Source of the DNA: Diplonema japonicum
Lineage: Eukaryota > Protista > Euglenozoa: Diplonemea
Assembly: GCA_964019335.1 (NCBI GenBank)
Contig: OZ025675.1
Coordinates: 1 to 64,000, forward strand
Reading direction: 5' to 3'
DNA: 64,000 nt
A program made the position numbers and the translations under genes. Positions 11,786 through 23,800 of this stretch are shown here, piece after piece. How positions within the stretch are numbered: position 1 is the stretch's first letter; each line of letters opens with the position of its first letter. The notes under the pieces are model-generated. The model did no database searches. It worked only from the letters and a program-made list of their open reading frames with translations, and had not been told where the DNA came from.

Positions 11786-12310
11786 CTACTCCTGCGCGGC
11801 ATTGCTGTTGAGCACCTGCCCCACCAGCGCAGCAAGCTCGTCTGATGTAAATATATCAGACCCGCCATCTGTGGGGGTGGGGGTCTGTGTGCATGGAGTG
11901 ATCTTATCAAAGCCTAGTCTCTGAGACACTGAGAGCTTTTTAGAGTGGATGTGAAGTTTGGCGCACTTCCCATTGCAGACCCTGCTTCTTATAAAATCGG
12001 TGCACCTGTCAGACTTGCACAGCTTTTCCTTCCGCTGTGCGTGGCATACCCTGCATCTCAGGGTGAACATCCCTGAAACTGTCCGAACGCTGTCCCAGTC
12101 ATTATGCTCACACGGAGAAGGCCCCAGTGTCGATGCTTTCTTGTTCTCGGTGGGCGGCGGCGTTGGCGTCTGTGCAGCACTCGCCTCACAATTGTCAACA
12201 GGCGGCAACTGCGCCACCTGCGGGATCAACATAGGAACAAACTGAGGCATGTGCACCTGACCCACCTGGCCCACCTGCATCATACCATACGGGCTCTGCA
12301 TGATCATCAT
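11786..12310 (-). CDS. Small zinc-binding protein (C-x-H-N-x-W-D...LRCRVC module plus CCCH-like finger), Q/M/P-rich N-terminus
   Basis: Likely ATG at 12310; the upstream part of the ORF is poly(T) acceptor tract. Contains CEHNDWDSVR..LRCRVC and CTDF...C..C.KLHIH. Confidence 0.8.
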   Translation of the reverse strand: MMIMQSPYGMMQVGQVGQVHMPQFVPMLIPQVAQLPPVDNCEASAAQTPTPPPTENKKASTLGPSPCEHNDWDSVRTVSGMFTLRCRVCHAQRKEKLCKSDRCTDFIRSRVCNGKCAKLHIHSKKLSVSQRLGFDKITPCTQTPTPTDGGSDIFTSDELAALVGQVLNSNAAQE

Positions 12311-12656
12311 ATTTGCTCTTATTTTCTTTAAAGTACCTAAACCTGGCAACTGAAAACGTTTTTCTTCTAGCGATAATATGGCTGCAAAAATAAATAAAAA
12401 AAAGAAGAAAAAAAGGGAAACGAAAACAAAAGAAAACAAAATAATCGCCTCTTTCACTGTTTTTTCCTCTATCCTCCCTTTCCAGTACAGGGACAACGGT
12501 ACCATTCGGACACTAACAGCGTCTGCGAGAGGTAAGATGGCCCACCTTAGAAAAAAAAAAGAGGACAGAAGAGCGAAATTACAATGTCAGAAACAAAACG
12601 TGGTTCCAAACACCAAGCACGCGCTGAATAGAGTAATACATCAAACTACAAAAGGC

Positions 12657-13661
12657 TTACTGTTCCTTGATGCCCTCGAGGGCAGTCCACATAGCAGCGC
12701 CTCCCGAAGTTGACGGGTTGGCACAGCCGGCGTACCAGACGGCGGCACCCTTGAGACCCTTGGACTTGACAAGGGCGTACTTCTTGGAGAGAGTGTGAGC
12801 ATCGTCGTAGTACAGCTGGTAGGTAGTCCCACCAGAGACATACGAGAAAAACCTGGCGTCCTGCGCAGCAGTGTAGGCAGGGGGAGTCGTGGCGTTTGCC
12901 TGCAGCGCGTCGGCTTCGAAAAAGGTGTATGCCCACGACCCGCTGAAGGGCTGCGACGAAGTGCAACCACCTTCGGGAGCGGGCTTTACGCAAGGAAACC
13001 TGTACCCGTACCACGGAAGCCCCAGCACCACCTGGTCCAGCAGACCCATTTCGTTGTAGTCCTGGAGACCGGACAGAATACCAGACATGGGGGAGTTGGG
13101 CTTGGCGGTGTGGGATCCCCAGCACATGTCGTATGCCATCGGGATGAAGAAATCAAGGGTGCGGTTCAAGGCAATGTAGTCATATCCGGCCTTGGAGGCG
13201 GAGATGCTGGTGTCGAAGGTCACTTGCGCGATGGGGTTGTCGGCACGGAGCGCAGCGGCAGTCTTCTCGACAAGCGAGGTGAGCAGGTCACGGTCGGTGG
13301 TGAGCCCTTCCACGTCGAAATTGTACCCGTCATAGCCTCCCTCCTTCACGGTGGACACTGTCTGGCTGATGAACTCCTGAACAGCGGTGGCGTTGCCAAG
13401 CTGCGTTTTGTCGAACCCGGAGTTGACCACCACACGCACGCCGGCAGCGTGAGCCGCGCACACCAAGTCATCATTCAGAGAGCTGAACTTCATAACAGTC
13501 GTAAGCGAGCTCATGTTGAACGTCTTCCAGTCGTCCGAAGTAGGCGCGAACGCCACCACCTCCTTCTTCGCCTTCGGGGTCCTCAAGGGCTTGCACAGCG
13601 ACATGTCCTGACAGACACAGGCAGCCATGGCTGCTACACCTAGAACCTGCAACGCGACCAT
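12657..13661 (-). CDS. CTBS: GH18 di-N-acetylchitobiase-like glycoside hydrolase, secreted
   Basis: ATG at 13661 with signal peptide. LC.P...KEVVAF, LVCAAH..GVRVV, catalytic DGYNFDVE, PMAYD, VLGLPWYGY.FPC, YYDD..TL..KY and GA AVW motifs. Confidence 0.9.
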   Translation of the reverse strand: MVALQVLGVAAMAACVCQDMSLCKPLRTPKAKKEVVAFAPTSDDWKTFNMSSLTTVMKFSSLNDDLVCAAHAAGVRVVVNSGFDKTQLGNATAVQEFISQTVSTVKEGGYDGYNFDVEGLTTDRDLLTSLVEKTAAALRADNPIAQVTFDTSISASKAGYDYIALNRTLDFFIPMAYDMCWGSHTAKPNSPMSGILSGLQDYNEMGLLDQVVLGLPWYGYRFPCVKPAPEGGCTSSQPFSGSWAYTFFEADALQANATTPPAYTAAQDARFFSYVSGGTTYQLYYDDAHTLSKKYALVKSKGLKGAAVWYAGCANPSTSGGAAMWTALEGIKEQ

Positions 13662-13967
13662 TTTGGATGTAAAAAGAAGCTGCGTGAGAATGAGCTGTGC
13701 ACTGATCAACCTTGAGAAAACACTGGTTCAATTGTATAGAGGAGAATGAAGAAAAATGTAAGAATATATGTGATTTGAAGGAGACGACCCTCACAACCAA
13801 TGCATCCCTTCTGCAGGAAAAAACGGGATCACCCGTAAACAGAGATGAGTCTTTTCAAAATAACCGTAGGCAGGAAGATAAAGGGGGGAAACTTATTATT
13901 ACAAACCCTTAAAAAAGAAAAATAAGATAATTAAATAATGATGGTAAACTAAACCCCGTGTCCTGAT

Positions 13968-14660
13968 CTAGAACCAGCTAAATGTTCTCGGCGGGGGCAT
14001 GTGCACAAGGCGGACGTCGTCCTCACGGAGGTCACCAGAGGCCACCTTCTGTTTCAGGAATTTCTGCACCGGGAGACCAGAGGCTGTGAGCTCTTGAAGG
14101 ATCTTAAGAACGTCCTTCAGCTCAACATCCTTTTTGTTGTTAAAAAAGTCCGTAACGACAAGAGCGTTGTAGCGGTCCTCAGGAGCGATGGCAGCGGGGG
14201 AGTTGTCCACAATGATGGTGTAATCAAGGTCTCGGTTCAGCCTTCTAAGGGACTTCACATGGGACATCATAGTGAACCACAAAGGGCTCCTGTAAATCCT
14301 GTGGTGAAACAGCTCCTCCTCTGGGCCAATGAGCTTCAACGCTTGAATGGCATAGTCCTCTGTCCCAGCCGTCCACAGAACCATTTCAGATATCTCAGAC
14401 ACACCCTTCAAAAGCTCTGCGCTGAACGCCCTTACATTAACAGAAGCCCCCTTCCCGTTCGGCTTGAAGGTCGTATGGAGCAGTGTCTCGTCCATGTCCA
14501 CCACGATCGTGTACTTGCTGCCATAGTCAACGCTGGGGTCCTTCATTGGTATAAGGAGCTTGCGCTCCACGGTCTGTTCCTTCCCAAGGTACACCCATGC
14601 ACCGTACCCTAACCCGCCTGATGTTCCTAGTGCGGCCAGTACCTTCGCATTTCGAAGCAT
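13968..14660 (-). CDS. NIF/FCP1-like HAD phosphatase with N-terminal presequence/TM (Tim50/CTDSP-like)
   Basis: ATG at 14660 (MLRNAKVLAALG...GYGAWVYL). Motifs VVDMDETLLH, LWTAG..YA, KSL..L.RDL..TIIVDNSP and D.EL. Confidence 0.88.
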   Translation of the reverse strand: MLRNAKVLAALGTSGGLGYGAWVYLGKEQTVERKLLIPMKDPSVDYGSKYTIVVDMDETLLHTTFKPNGKGASVNVRAFSAELLKGVSEISEMVLWTAGTEDYAIQALKLIGPEEELFHHRIYRSPLWFTMMSHVKSLRRLNRDLDYTIIVDNSPAAIAPEDRYNALVVTDFFNNKKDVELKDVLKILQELTASGLPVQKFLKQKVASGDLREDDVRLVHMPPPRTFSWF

Positions 14661-14782
14661 ATTGTTCCCTCTTTTGATATCCTTTCTACCTTGCAGGTTT
14701 GAAGAAACTGAAAAAAAACACCAATAAAATAGAGTTAGAAAGAAAAAAAGAAAAAGAAAAGAAGAAGCGTGCGAAGAGGATG

Positions 14783-14817
<35 letters not shown>

Positions 14818-16044
14818 AACGACCACCACGAAGCGTCAGGGAGCCTTCGAAAAACCTTTTCCAATGCCGGGCGCCGCTCTCTGAAACCCCCTTTAGCAAA
14901 CGCAGCAACAAATCTTCGGCTACGCCGCAAGTGGGGCAACGGGCTGAGAAACGCAAGCTTCAAGGAGCCTTAACTGGTTCCCACAATGGGAAGTAGGTTC
15001 TGCAGAAAGACAACTGCGTAAAATGGCATTCCCCTCTTTGACGCCTTCTGAAAGATTCGTCGACAGCTATTGACGGCAATAAGCGGGGGTTTTCCTTTTA
15101 AGGCTTTTTAAAAAAACCTTAAAACAAAAAACCATAATGAAAAAAAGAAAGAGAAAAAGAGAAAAAGGAGAAGAGAGAGTGGTGGTGGTGGTGGTGGTGG
15201 TGGTGGTGGGGATTCTTCGATTATCATTCCTTCTCCTATTTCTTTTCAACAACAAATATATTTACAAAGGTTACCTATTACTTGCTATTGTTCAAAGAAA
15301 AAGAAGGCGCCTGTGAAGAAGTCAGGCAGGGAGGGGGTTCTTTTCTTCTCCTATTCTTCTCTTCTGTGTCTCTACTTTCTATCCACCACAAGGGTATAGT
15401 CAAGAAAAAGAAAACACACCAAGAAACCATCCAAATAAAGTAAAAAAAAAGCTTGCTTGCTTGTGTCTTCTTTGAGGTAAAAAAAAAAGAGTCGGCTGAT
15501 TGTTTGTGCAAGCCGGAAAAAAAAAAAAGAAAACACCATATTTCTTCTTTTCCTTCCTTTTGTCCTCACTTTGAAAGAAAAAAGAAAAAAAGAGTATAAA
15601 AACAACGAAACTACAAATGCACACCACAAGCTGTTTGTGCTTACTAGCACCTTCTAGCTCTATGCGATCGTTAAAGGAAATGGAAGGTACATGGGTGATT
15701 AAAGAAAGAAGGAGGCGGATCGGCGGGAAGAGCCGAGTGCTGACAAGTGGACACATGTTACCAGGTCACAGCCTGCCCGTGATGCACATAGTGATAACAC
15801 CTGCGTGCACTCTGGCAGGGGAAAAAAACGAAAAGAAAGGGTGGTAAAGAGAGGAGGATTTACTTATAAATATAAACACACATTTGGACACAACTCAACA
15901 TGAGTATGACAAACCCATGTTACATAAAACAGGGTTATAAAGGGTTATATCTTTCTTTTTTGCTTCTTTTTTCCTCTTAAGGAAAAAAGAAATCCTGTGC
16001 AAGGAGCAAAAAAAAAAAAAAAACACTAGGGGAGGGGGTAAATA

Positions 16045-16590
16045 ATCTTAACGCAGCAAGACAACAAAAAAGAAGGGGGAAAAAAAGAGTTGGCTATTAG
16101 CATTTGTTTGTGCACACGGTATAAGTCCTACTGGGATAAATACTGCATGCCACCACTGCTCTTCTTTTTGCTCTTACAAGAAACTGAGCAGTACTTGTTA
16201 AATACAAAAGAAAACGACCAATAACGGGGAACTTAAAATAGTCACTTGGTACAATCGATTTGAAAATCCCGGAATAAAGCAGTCCCGAAGGCAAGTCTTT
16301 GAAGAAAGCGAGAAACCTTTGCTTCTTTTCTTCCTCTTAACGCAGCAAGACAACAAAAAAAGAAGAAGAAAGGAGTCGGGCTTTTGGCATTTGCTGTTGT
16401 GCACACGATAAATACTGGGGTAAATGCTACAAGATACCACCACTCTTCTTTTTGCCCTCACAGGAAACTTAGAAGTAAGTACTTGTTAAATACAAAAAAA
16501 AAAACGACTTACGGGGGGAGGGGGGAGGGGGGAGGGGAGGATGAGACGGTCACTTGGTACAATCGATTTGAAATGATCCCGTGAAAGCGA
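16045..16590 (+). repeat. Degenerate ~290-bp tandem duplication carrying two copies of the dispersed AAAAAGAGT...ACTCTTTT hairpin element
   Basis: TCTTAACGCAGCAAGACAACAAAAAA at ~16045 and ~16335; GTCACTTGGTACAATCGATTTGAAA at ~16241 and ~16549. Confidence 0.85.
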
Positions 16591-17659
16591 GAAAAAGAAA
16601 AGGCGCAGCCAGGATAAATATAAAGAAATGAACTGTAGTAGAGAGCACAGTAAAAAAAAAAACTCACTATGATAGGAACGAAGTGGTTAGCAACAGCCCG
16701 CCGCGGTGGCGTGCCTACCTTATGATGCTCCCCTTTTGGGGTCGTTCCCTGTAAAAAAAAAAGAATTATCGGAAAACTGCAGAAACATGACGCTCAGAAT
16801 AAAACAAAGAAAGGAATGGAGTTGATTGAAAACCTCCCGTTTGCCCAAGCCACCTCACATACTTGGTTGCGGGGAAAAAAAAGGGATAACAAGGGCTCAC
16901 CATATTGAGGAAGCCAGAATGGATCTTTCTTTTTTTCTTTTTTTTGGTTTCTTTCGTTCCTTTCTTACTAACGAAAATAAAAAGGGAAGGCATTAAGGAG
17001 AAAGTGGGGCATCCTCAGCTGAAGAGGGCAATATTATCTCCTTCTATCTTAGTGGGGGGAGGGTTTTTCTTTTTTTTCTTTTTTTGTCTTTTTTGCTATA
17101 TTAAAATTTCGTCGTTATTTCTAGGAAATCATGAAATAAAAGAAAATCGGTCCCAAAAGAGAGACTGTATTTGCAAGAAAGGGAATAGGGAGAGGGGTTA
17201 AAAACAACTAGAAGGAATAAAGCAGCACACAAGCACACAAATAATAATGGTGGTCCTCTTCTCCCTTGCCTCCCGCGACGACGGTATGAAAAAACACCGC
17301 GAAAACAAAGCAAGAAGCAAAGGCAAGGAAAAACAACATTGATTAATGCTTGGCCTCCACCTCATCACAGCAGAAATGCTACACCTAAAAAAAGAAAACT
17401 AACAAAACAAAAGAAATAAAGCTTCTCACATTTCTCGCTACCCCCCTCGGGCGACAACTGTCCACCCTCTTTTCTTTCTTCAGCTTTTCTTTTCTCTTTC
17501 TTGTTCCATTCTTTTTCGCGTTTGTCCTCCATGAGATAGGGACCTTGTTAAAAATGCAGATCAAAAAAGTAACTGCACCATTGAAAATTTGAAAAAAAAA
17601 CTGCACTTAAAGCATGAAGCCCTCGCTTGGGAAGGCTAGCGCTCAAACCTCCTTCCAGC

Positions 17660-17832
17660 TTATACAACCACTTCCTTCCACTCAACCGCCCCCGCTGCTG
17701 TGGAACTGCCTGCACCGAAAATGCTTGCTCCCCAACCGAACATCTGCACGATCAGCAAGAACACAACTATGAGGCCCACAAAGATCACTCCCACAAGGAT
17801 GATTACCCACATCCTCCACCTTTGGTTGGTTC
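17660..17832 (-). CDS. Terminal exon of astacin-mucin gene (GTNQRWRMWVIILVGVIFVGLIVVFLLIVQMFGWGASIFGAGSSTAAGAVEWKEVVV*)
   Basis: Preceded by T11-CATAACAG. A phase-1 join gives a clean TM helix and a tail matching gene 33827-38062. Not in the ORF track. Confidence 0.82.
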
Positions 17833-20800
17833 CTGTTATGAAAAAAAAAAAGTTTTATTTTTTAACCATCTACCAACGGACCATTTTTGCCCACCAGGGG
17901 GTAAATTTTCAAAACTTCAAAAAAAGCTTTTCTAGCGCAACGCCGGGGCTATATGCCCCCGGAAATGCCTCCAGATGTCCCAATTCTAGAGAGAGGGTGC
18001 CCACAGCAGGGCCCACCCTCACAACATTGTCAAAAATATCGTTCCCGAAGTGCCCGAGAGGGGGTACAAAAAACAAGTCAAAAAGAATCGACTGTAAAAT
18101 TCTGTAAAAAGCTATCTCGCGGTTTGTACGTGCCCCAGGGCTGGGGTACTTCTTTTTTGACCCCGAGAGCTATTGCGGTGTTGTAAATATGCACTTGGTG
18201 GGGAGCGGGACGTCCTTTCCGGCTTTCATTCTCTTTTGGCCGACACGTCAAATTTGACTTCACCAGAACATCCAACGTCGACAGAAAGCGCACAGGCTTG
18301 ATGTCATGCCACGTTGTGGTGCAAAGGATGCTCACGTGCTGGTGGAACTGGGTGTCCCCACAGGATGCGTGTCCTTGGGCTTGCGGCCTCGCTTCTTTGG
18401 GGCATCCGTGATCTCCGGGAGGCCTTTGCGATAGGTAGAAGTCAGCACGCTTGTTTGTTTCGCTGTGGAAACACAGATTTCCCAGAATAGTCAAAAAGCG
18501 GTTCTTGACATGACGGTGGCGTACCCAGGGGTGTGGTTGAGAGACGTGGAGCCAGTGCGCCAGTAGTCAGAATAATCTGGCTTGATATCCAAGTCGCAAA
18601 GAAGCAGCATTGAGATCCAGGGAAACACCTTTTTTAGCCGCATTTGCCACATTGTTCGAAATTATGACCCAAATAACGTTTGGGACGAGCATTTGGGAGA
18701 ATATATGGAATGGCGTTGAGCCTCTGATGTCGAAACAGGGTCCACAAGGATTCCGATCTTCACGAAACCGGATGCCTTCCAACCGCTCCGGCTTTGCCGT
18801 CCAATCACCCTGCTGTGACTAGGAATCGGTCAAATTCGTATCAGAATCACTGTCCGTACCAAAATTGCATAATAGGGATGAGCCATCAGTGCTACCATCA
18901 CTCATAATGTCCTCTTCCGGCCTCTTTCTGGGCACCCTTTTTTGAAGTGATTTTTAAGGGTAAATTTGGGCTGGCGTTTTTTTTTCTTTTTTCTTTTTCT
19001 TGTTAAGTTAGGGCAGCATTTAGTTTATATTTTTCATATTTTCCGCGCAGGACCCCGGATGCGAGAAGTGGCCGGGCTGTATTGCATTGAAAGCCCTTTG
19101 CGCAAAAGATTTTTTTTCAAATCGTCTATAAAGACGCTCGTTGGTAGATGGTTAAGTTCTAAAAAAAGAACACTGAAAAAGAGTCGGCTGATTGTTTGTG
19201 CAAGCCGGAAGGTGTGTTCCATCCTTTTTGTGGACCTGCTTGAGGCAGGCTTCGTGCCCAGGCAACCACATCTTGGGCAACGGAACCCCGTTTTGTGCTC
19301 CCGGTCGCAGCCGGCAGCACAGTCCGGGTCCGCCGGCGCCGTGGGGGCCCCCTCCGGGTATAGTATAACCGACAACTCCGACGGGTCGATGTCTGCGCAA
19401 GCCATATTTTTGTTTGTGCAAGCCGTTTTCGCCTACAGTAGGGATAAACGGACAAGCTGCCTCTACTCTTTTTTGCAATAACAATTCTTTTCAAAAATTT
19501 GTTTACTTGTTCCAGCAAAATAAAACAAAAATATCCAGTGGGCGTAAGGGAAAATGCCCGCTCTGGGTGGCTTAGACCATGGCCGGGGCAGGACTGCCAG
19601 GACAGCTGAACCAAAAGAGGAACTGTTGCCGAAAGAAATATGGAGAAGACGGGTTTGCAAAAACCGGTCGTACATAGAAATTATTCTGCTTAGTAAAAGT
19701 GACAAAAAATCAGACGTTGAAATTAAAGACAAAACAACCTTCGTTTCACAGTATTAAGAAAATAAACAAAGCATGCCTGGTGCGGGTGTTGCTGGTGCCG
19801 ACGTGTCAGGAGCACCTGTCACAGGTGACTGCGTCGGGAGCACGGGCACAGAAGTAGAGGGAACGGGAATGGGTGCAAGAGTGGGCATTGGTGTGACCAA
19901 CGTTGGTACGGCAGTAGTGGGAGCCTGCGTAGATGCTGTTGGCTGTGAGGTAGAAAGAGTGGGGACAGGGGAAGGAAGAGGAGTTTGAAGCGTTGGCACT
20001 GGCGTGGGTAACGGTGTTGGAACGGGGGTAGGTAGTGCTGTAGGGATAAAGGTTGAGGGTGCTGATGTTGCAGGTGCAAAAGTGCTAGGCGCCTTCGTGG
20101 GGGGAGAAGAAGTTGCAGGTGCTTGTGTATCAGGTGCTGCTGTGTCAGGTGCTACGGTTGGCATGGCAGTATCAGGGGCAGGAGTCGGTGGTGCTGTTGT
20201 GGTGGGTGCCGTTGTGTCTGGTGCTGTTGTGGTGGGTGCCGTAGTGTCTGGTGCTGTTGTGGTGGGCGCTGTGGTGTCAGGTGCTGGCGTATCAGGCGCT
20301 GTGGTTTGTACTTCATCTTTTTACACTGACTTAGACCAGGGATCAAGCCGGAATACATGAAGCTAAGAAGGCACAACATACCTACTGTGTCTGGTGCTAC
20401 GGTTGGCAAAGCCGTGGGGGGAGAAGAAGTTGCAGGTGCTTGTGTATCAGGTGCTGCTGTGTCTGGTGCTACGGTTGGCATGGCAGTATCAGGGGCAGGA
20501 GTCGGTGGTGCTGCTGTTGTGCCTGGGGTCAAGGTATCAGGGGAAGGAGTCGCAGGTGCCGAAGTGTCAGGTGCAGCGGTGTCAGGTGCCGAAGTGCCAG
20601 GTGTAGTGGTGTCAGGTGCTGTTGTGGAAGGAGCTGCTGAAGTGCCCGGTGCTAGCGTATCGGGTGCTGTGTTGCTTAATCTTTCAAATTGCAATACCTG
20701 GGGTGTCGGGTGCAGGAGTATCTGGTGCGGATGTGTCAGGTGCCGAAGTGTCAGGTGCTGTTGTGGAAGGAGCTGCTGAAGTGCCCGGTGCTAGCGTATC

Positions 20801-23800
20801 GGGAACTGTGTTGTTGGCCTAATCTTTCAAATTGCAATACCTGAGGTGTCAGGTGCAGGAGTATCTGGTGCGGATGTGTCAGGTGCAGTGGTGTCAGGTG
20901 CCGAAGTGTCAGGTGCAATGGTGTCAGGTGACGAAGTGTCAGGTGCAGTGGTGTCAGGTGTCGAAGTGTCAGGTGCTGTTGTGGAAGGAGCTGCTGAAGT
21001 GCCCGGTGCTAGCGTATCAGGAACTGTGTTGTTGGCCTAATCTTTCAAATTGCAATACCTGAGGTGTCAGGTGCAGGAGTATCTGGTACGGATGTGTCAG
21101 GTGCAGTGGTGTCAGGTGCCGAAGTGTCAGGTGCTGTTGTGGAAGGAGCTGCTGAAGTGCCCGGTGCTAGCGTATCGGGAACTGTGTTGTTGGCTTAATC
21201 TTTCAAATTGCAATACCTGAGGTGTCAGGTGCAGGAGTATCTGGTGCGGATGTGTCAGGCGCTGATGTATCAGGTGCAGTGGTGTCAGGTGCAGCCGTAT
21301 CAGGTGCGGGAGTATCAGGCGCTGGTGTGTCAGGCACGGGTGTGTCAGGTACTGGCGTATCAGGTGCAGCCGTATCAGGTGCTGGTGTGTCTGGTGCAGC
21401 CGTATCAGGTGTGGGAGTATCAGGCGCTGGTGTGTCAGGTACGGGTGTGTCAGGTGCAGCCGTATCAGGTGCTGGTGTGTCAGGTGCTGGCGTATCAGGT
21501 GCTGGTGTGTCAGGGGCCACAGTTGGCACGGCTGTCTCGGGAGCAGGTGTGTCAGGTGCTGCTGTGGTGCCTGGCATCAAAGTATCGGGAGCTGTTGTGT
21601 TTTTTTCTTTTAACAAATGTACTTTTTCTTTTACATATAACAAATGCATTTTAGCTAGTTGTATTTAACCCTGAGGGGAAGTCTTCACCCGCGCTTAACC
21701 CTCAAATATGCAAAACCTAAAGAAAGCCGGAGACCAAAACCGATTTAAACAAATGAATTGTCGAGCCTTCTGCGATCCAATTCCCCTAGCTTTAAAACTG
21801 GCGTTTAGGCGGTTGGGCACAATCGTCATTCGTGCTGCCAAGGTATAGTTATTACGAATCACTTTGGCAACAAGGCATCTACCTCTTTAAGCGCCATGAT
21901 GACTGGAACGTAAATCACACCTGAAGTATGAGGTGCAAGTGTGTCGGGAGCCTGAGTAGGAGGGGGTTGCGTGTCAGGGGCAGGGGTTGCAGGAGATTGT
22001 GTAACCGGAGCAGGAGTAGAAGGGGGTTGTGTGTCTGGAGCAGGAGTTGGAGGAGATTGCGTATCCGGGGGAAGGGTATCCGGTGCCTGCGTGTCTGGAG
22101 GAAGAGTTTGAGGGGACTCCGTGTCTGGCACTTGAGTATCCGGTGCTTGCGTGTCTGGAACGAGGGTCGGAGGAGACCCCGTATCTGGCACCTGAGTTAG
22201 AGGAGATTGCGTAGCAAGTTCTGGTGCTTGAGTAACAGGTGCTTGCGTGTTTGGAGCAGGAGTTGGAGGAGACTCTGTATCCGGTGCCTGTGTAACAGGT
22301 GCTTGTGTATCCGGAGGAGGAGTATCTGGTGCCTGCGTGTCTGGAGCAAGTGTAAGAGGTGCTGGGGTTGGTGGTGGAACTGTATTCCCAGGACTCAAGG
22401 TATCAGGCACAACTGTGTTAGGAGCTTGCGTATCGGGAGGAGTATCCGGTGCCCGCGTGTCTGGAGCAAGAGTTTGAGGGGACCCAGTGCCAGGTGCCTG
22501 AGTATCAGGTGCTTGTGTACCCGGAACAGGAGTATCGGGTGCTTGCGTGTCTGGAGCAAGAGTCTGAGGAGGCTCTGTATCCGGGGCTGGAGTATCGGGT
22601 GCCAGCGTGTCTGGAGCAAGAGTTTGAGGGGACTCTGTGTCAGGTGCCTGAGTTAGAGGAGGTTGTGTATCCGGGGCTGGAGTATCAGGTGTCTGAGTAA
22701 CAGGTGCTTGCGTGTCTGGAGCAAGTGTAAGAGGTGCTGGGGTTGGTGGTGGAACTGTATTCCCAGGACTCAAGGTATCAGGCACAACTGTGTTCGGAGC
22801 TTGCGTATCCGGAGGAGGAGTATCCGGAGCTTGTGTATCCGGAACAGGAGTATCAGGTGCCTGCGTGTCTGGAGCAAGAGTTTGAGGGGACTCTGTGTCA
22901 GGTGCCTGAGTTAGAGGAGGTTGTGTATCTGGGGCTGGAGTATCAGGTGGTTGAGTAACAGGTGCCTGCGTGTCTGGAGCAGGAGTTGGAGGAGACTGCG
23001 TATCCGGAGGAAGTGTATCAGGTGCTTGTGTATCTGGAACAGGAGTATCGGGTGCTTGCGTGTCTGGAGCAAGAGTCTGTGGAGGTTCTGTATCCGGGGC
23101 TGGAGTATCCGGTGCCTGCGTGTCTGGAGCAGGAGTTGGAGGAGACAGTGTATCCGGAGGAAAAGTATCAGGTGCTTGTGTATCCGGAACAGGAGTATCG
23201 GGTGCCAGCGTGTCTGGAGCAAGAGTCTGAAGAGGCTCTGTATCCGGGGCTGGAGTATCAGGTGCCTGCGTGTCTGGAGCAAGAGTTTGAGGGGGCTCTG
23301 TGTCAGGTGCCTGAGTTAGAGGAGGTTGTGTATCTGGGGCTGGAGTATCAGGTGGTTGAGTAACAGGTGCCTGCGTGTCTGGAGCAGGAGTTGGAGGAGA
23401 CTGCGTATCGGGAGGAGGAGTATCAGGTGCTTGTGTATCTGGAACAGGAGTATCGGGTGCCAGCGTGTCCGGAGCAAGAGTTTGAGGGGACTCTGTGCCA
23501 GGTGCCTGAGTATTCGGTGCTTGTGTATCTGGAACAGGAGTATCGGGTGCCTGCGTGTCTGGAGCAAGAGTTTGAGGGGACTCTGTGTCAGGTGCCTGAG
23601 TTAGAGGAGGTTGTGTATCTGGGGCTGGAGTATCAGGTGGTTGAGTAACAGGTGCCTGCGTGTCTGGAGCAGGAGTTGGAGGAGACTGCGTATCCGGAGG
23701 AGGAGTATCAGGTGCTTGTGTATCTGGAACAGGAGTATCGGGTGCTTGCGTGTCTGGAGCAAGAGTCTGTGGAGGTTCTGTATCCGGGGCTGGAGTATCA

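Larger units (their letters stand above)
17833..19776 (-). other. 1944-nt GC-AG intron containing a piggyBac and a hairpin element
   Basis: Donor CAG|GCATGC, compared with GTATGT in other introns; acceptor CATAACAG; phase 1 is preserved. Confidence 0.75.

Noticed and set aside
20660-21220. CRISPR-like array (35-bp repeats with spacers)
   Set aside because: The repeats are GT-AG introns, the 'spacers' are related in-frame mucin exons of 108-183 nt, and there are no cas genes.
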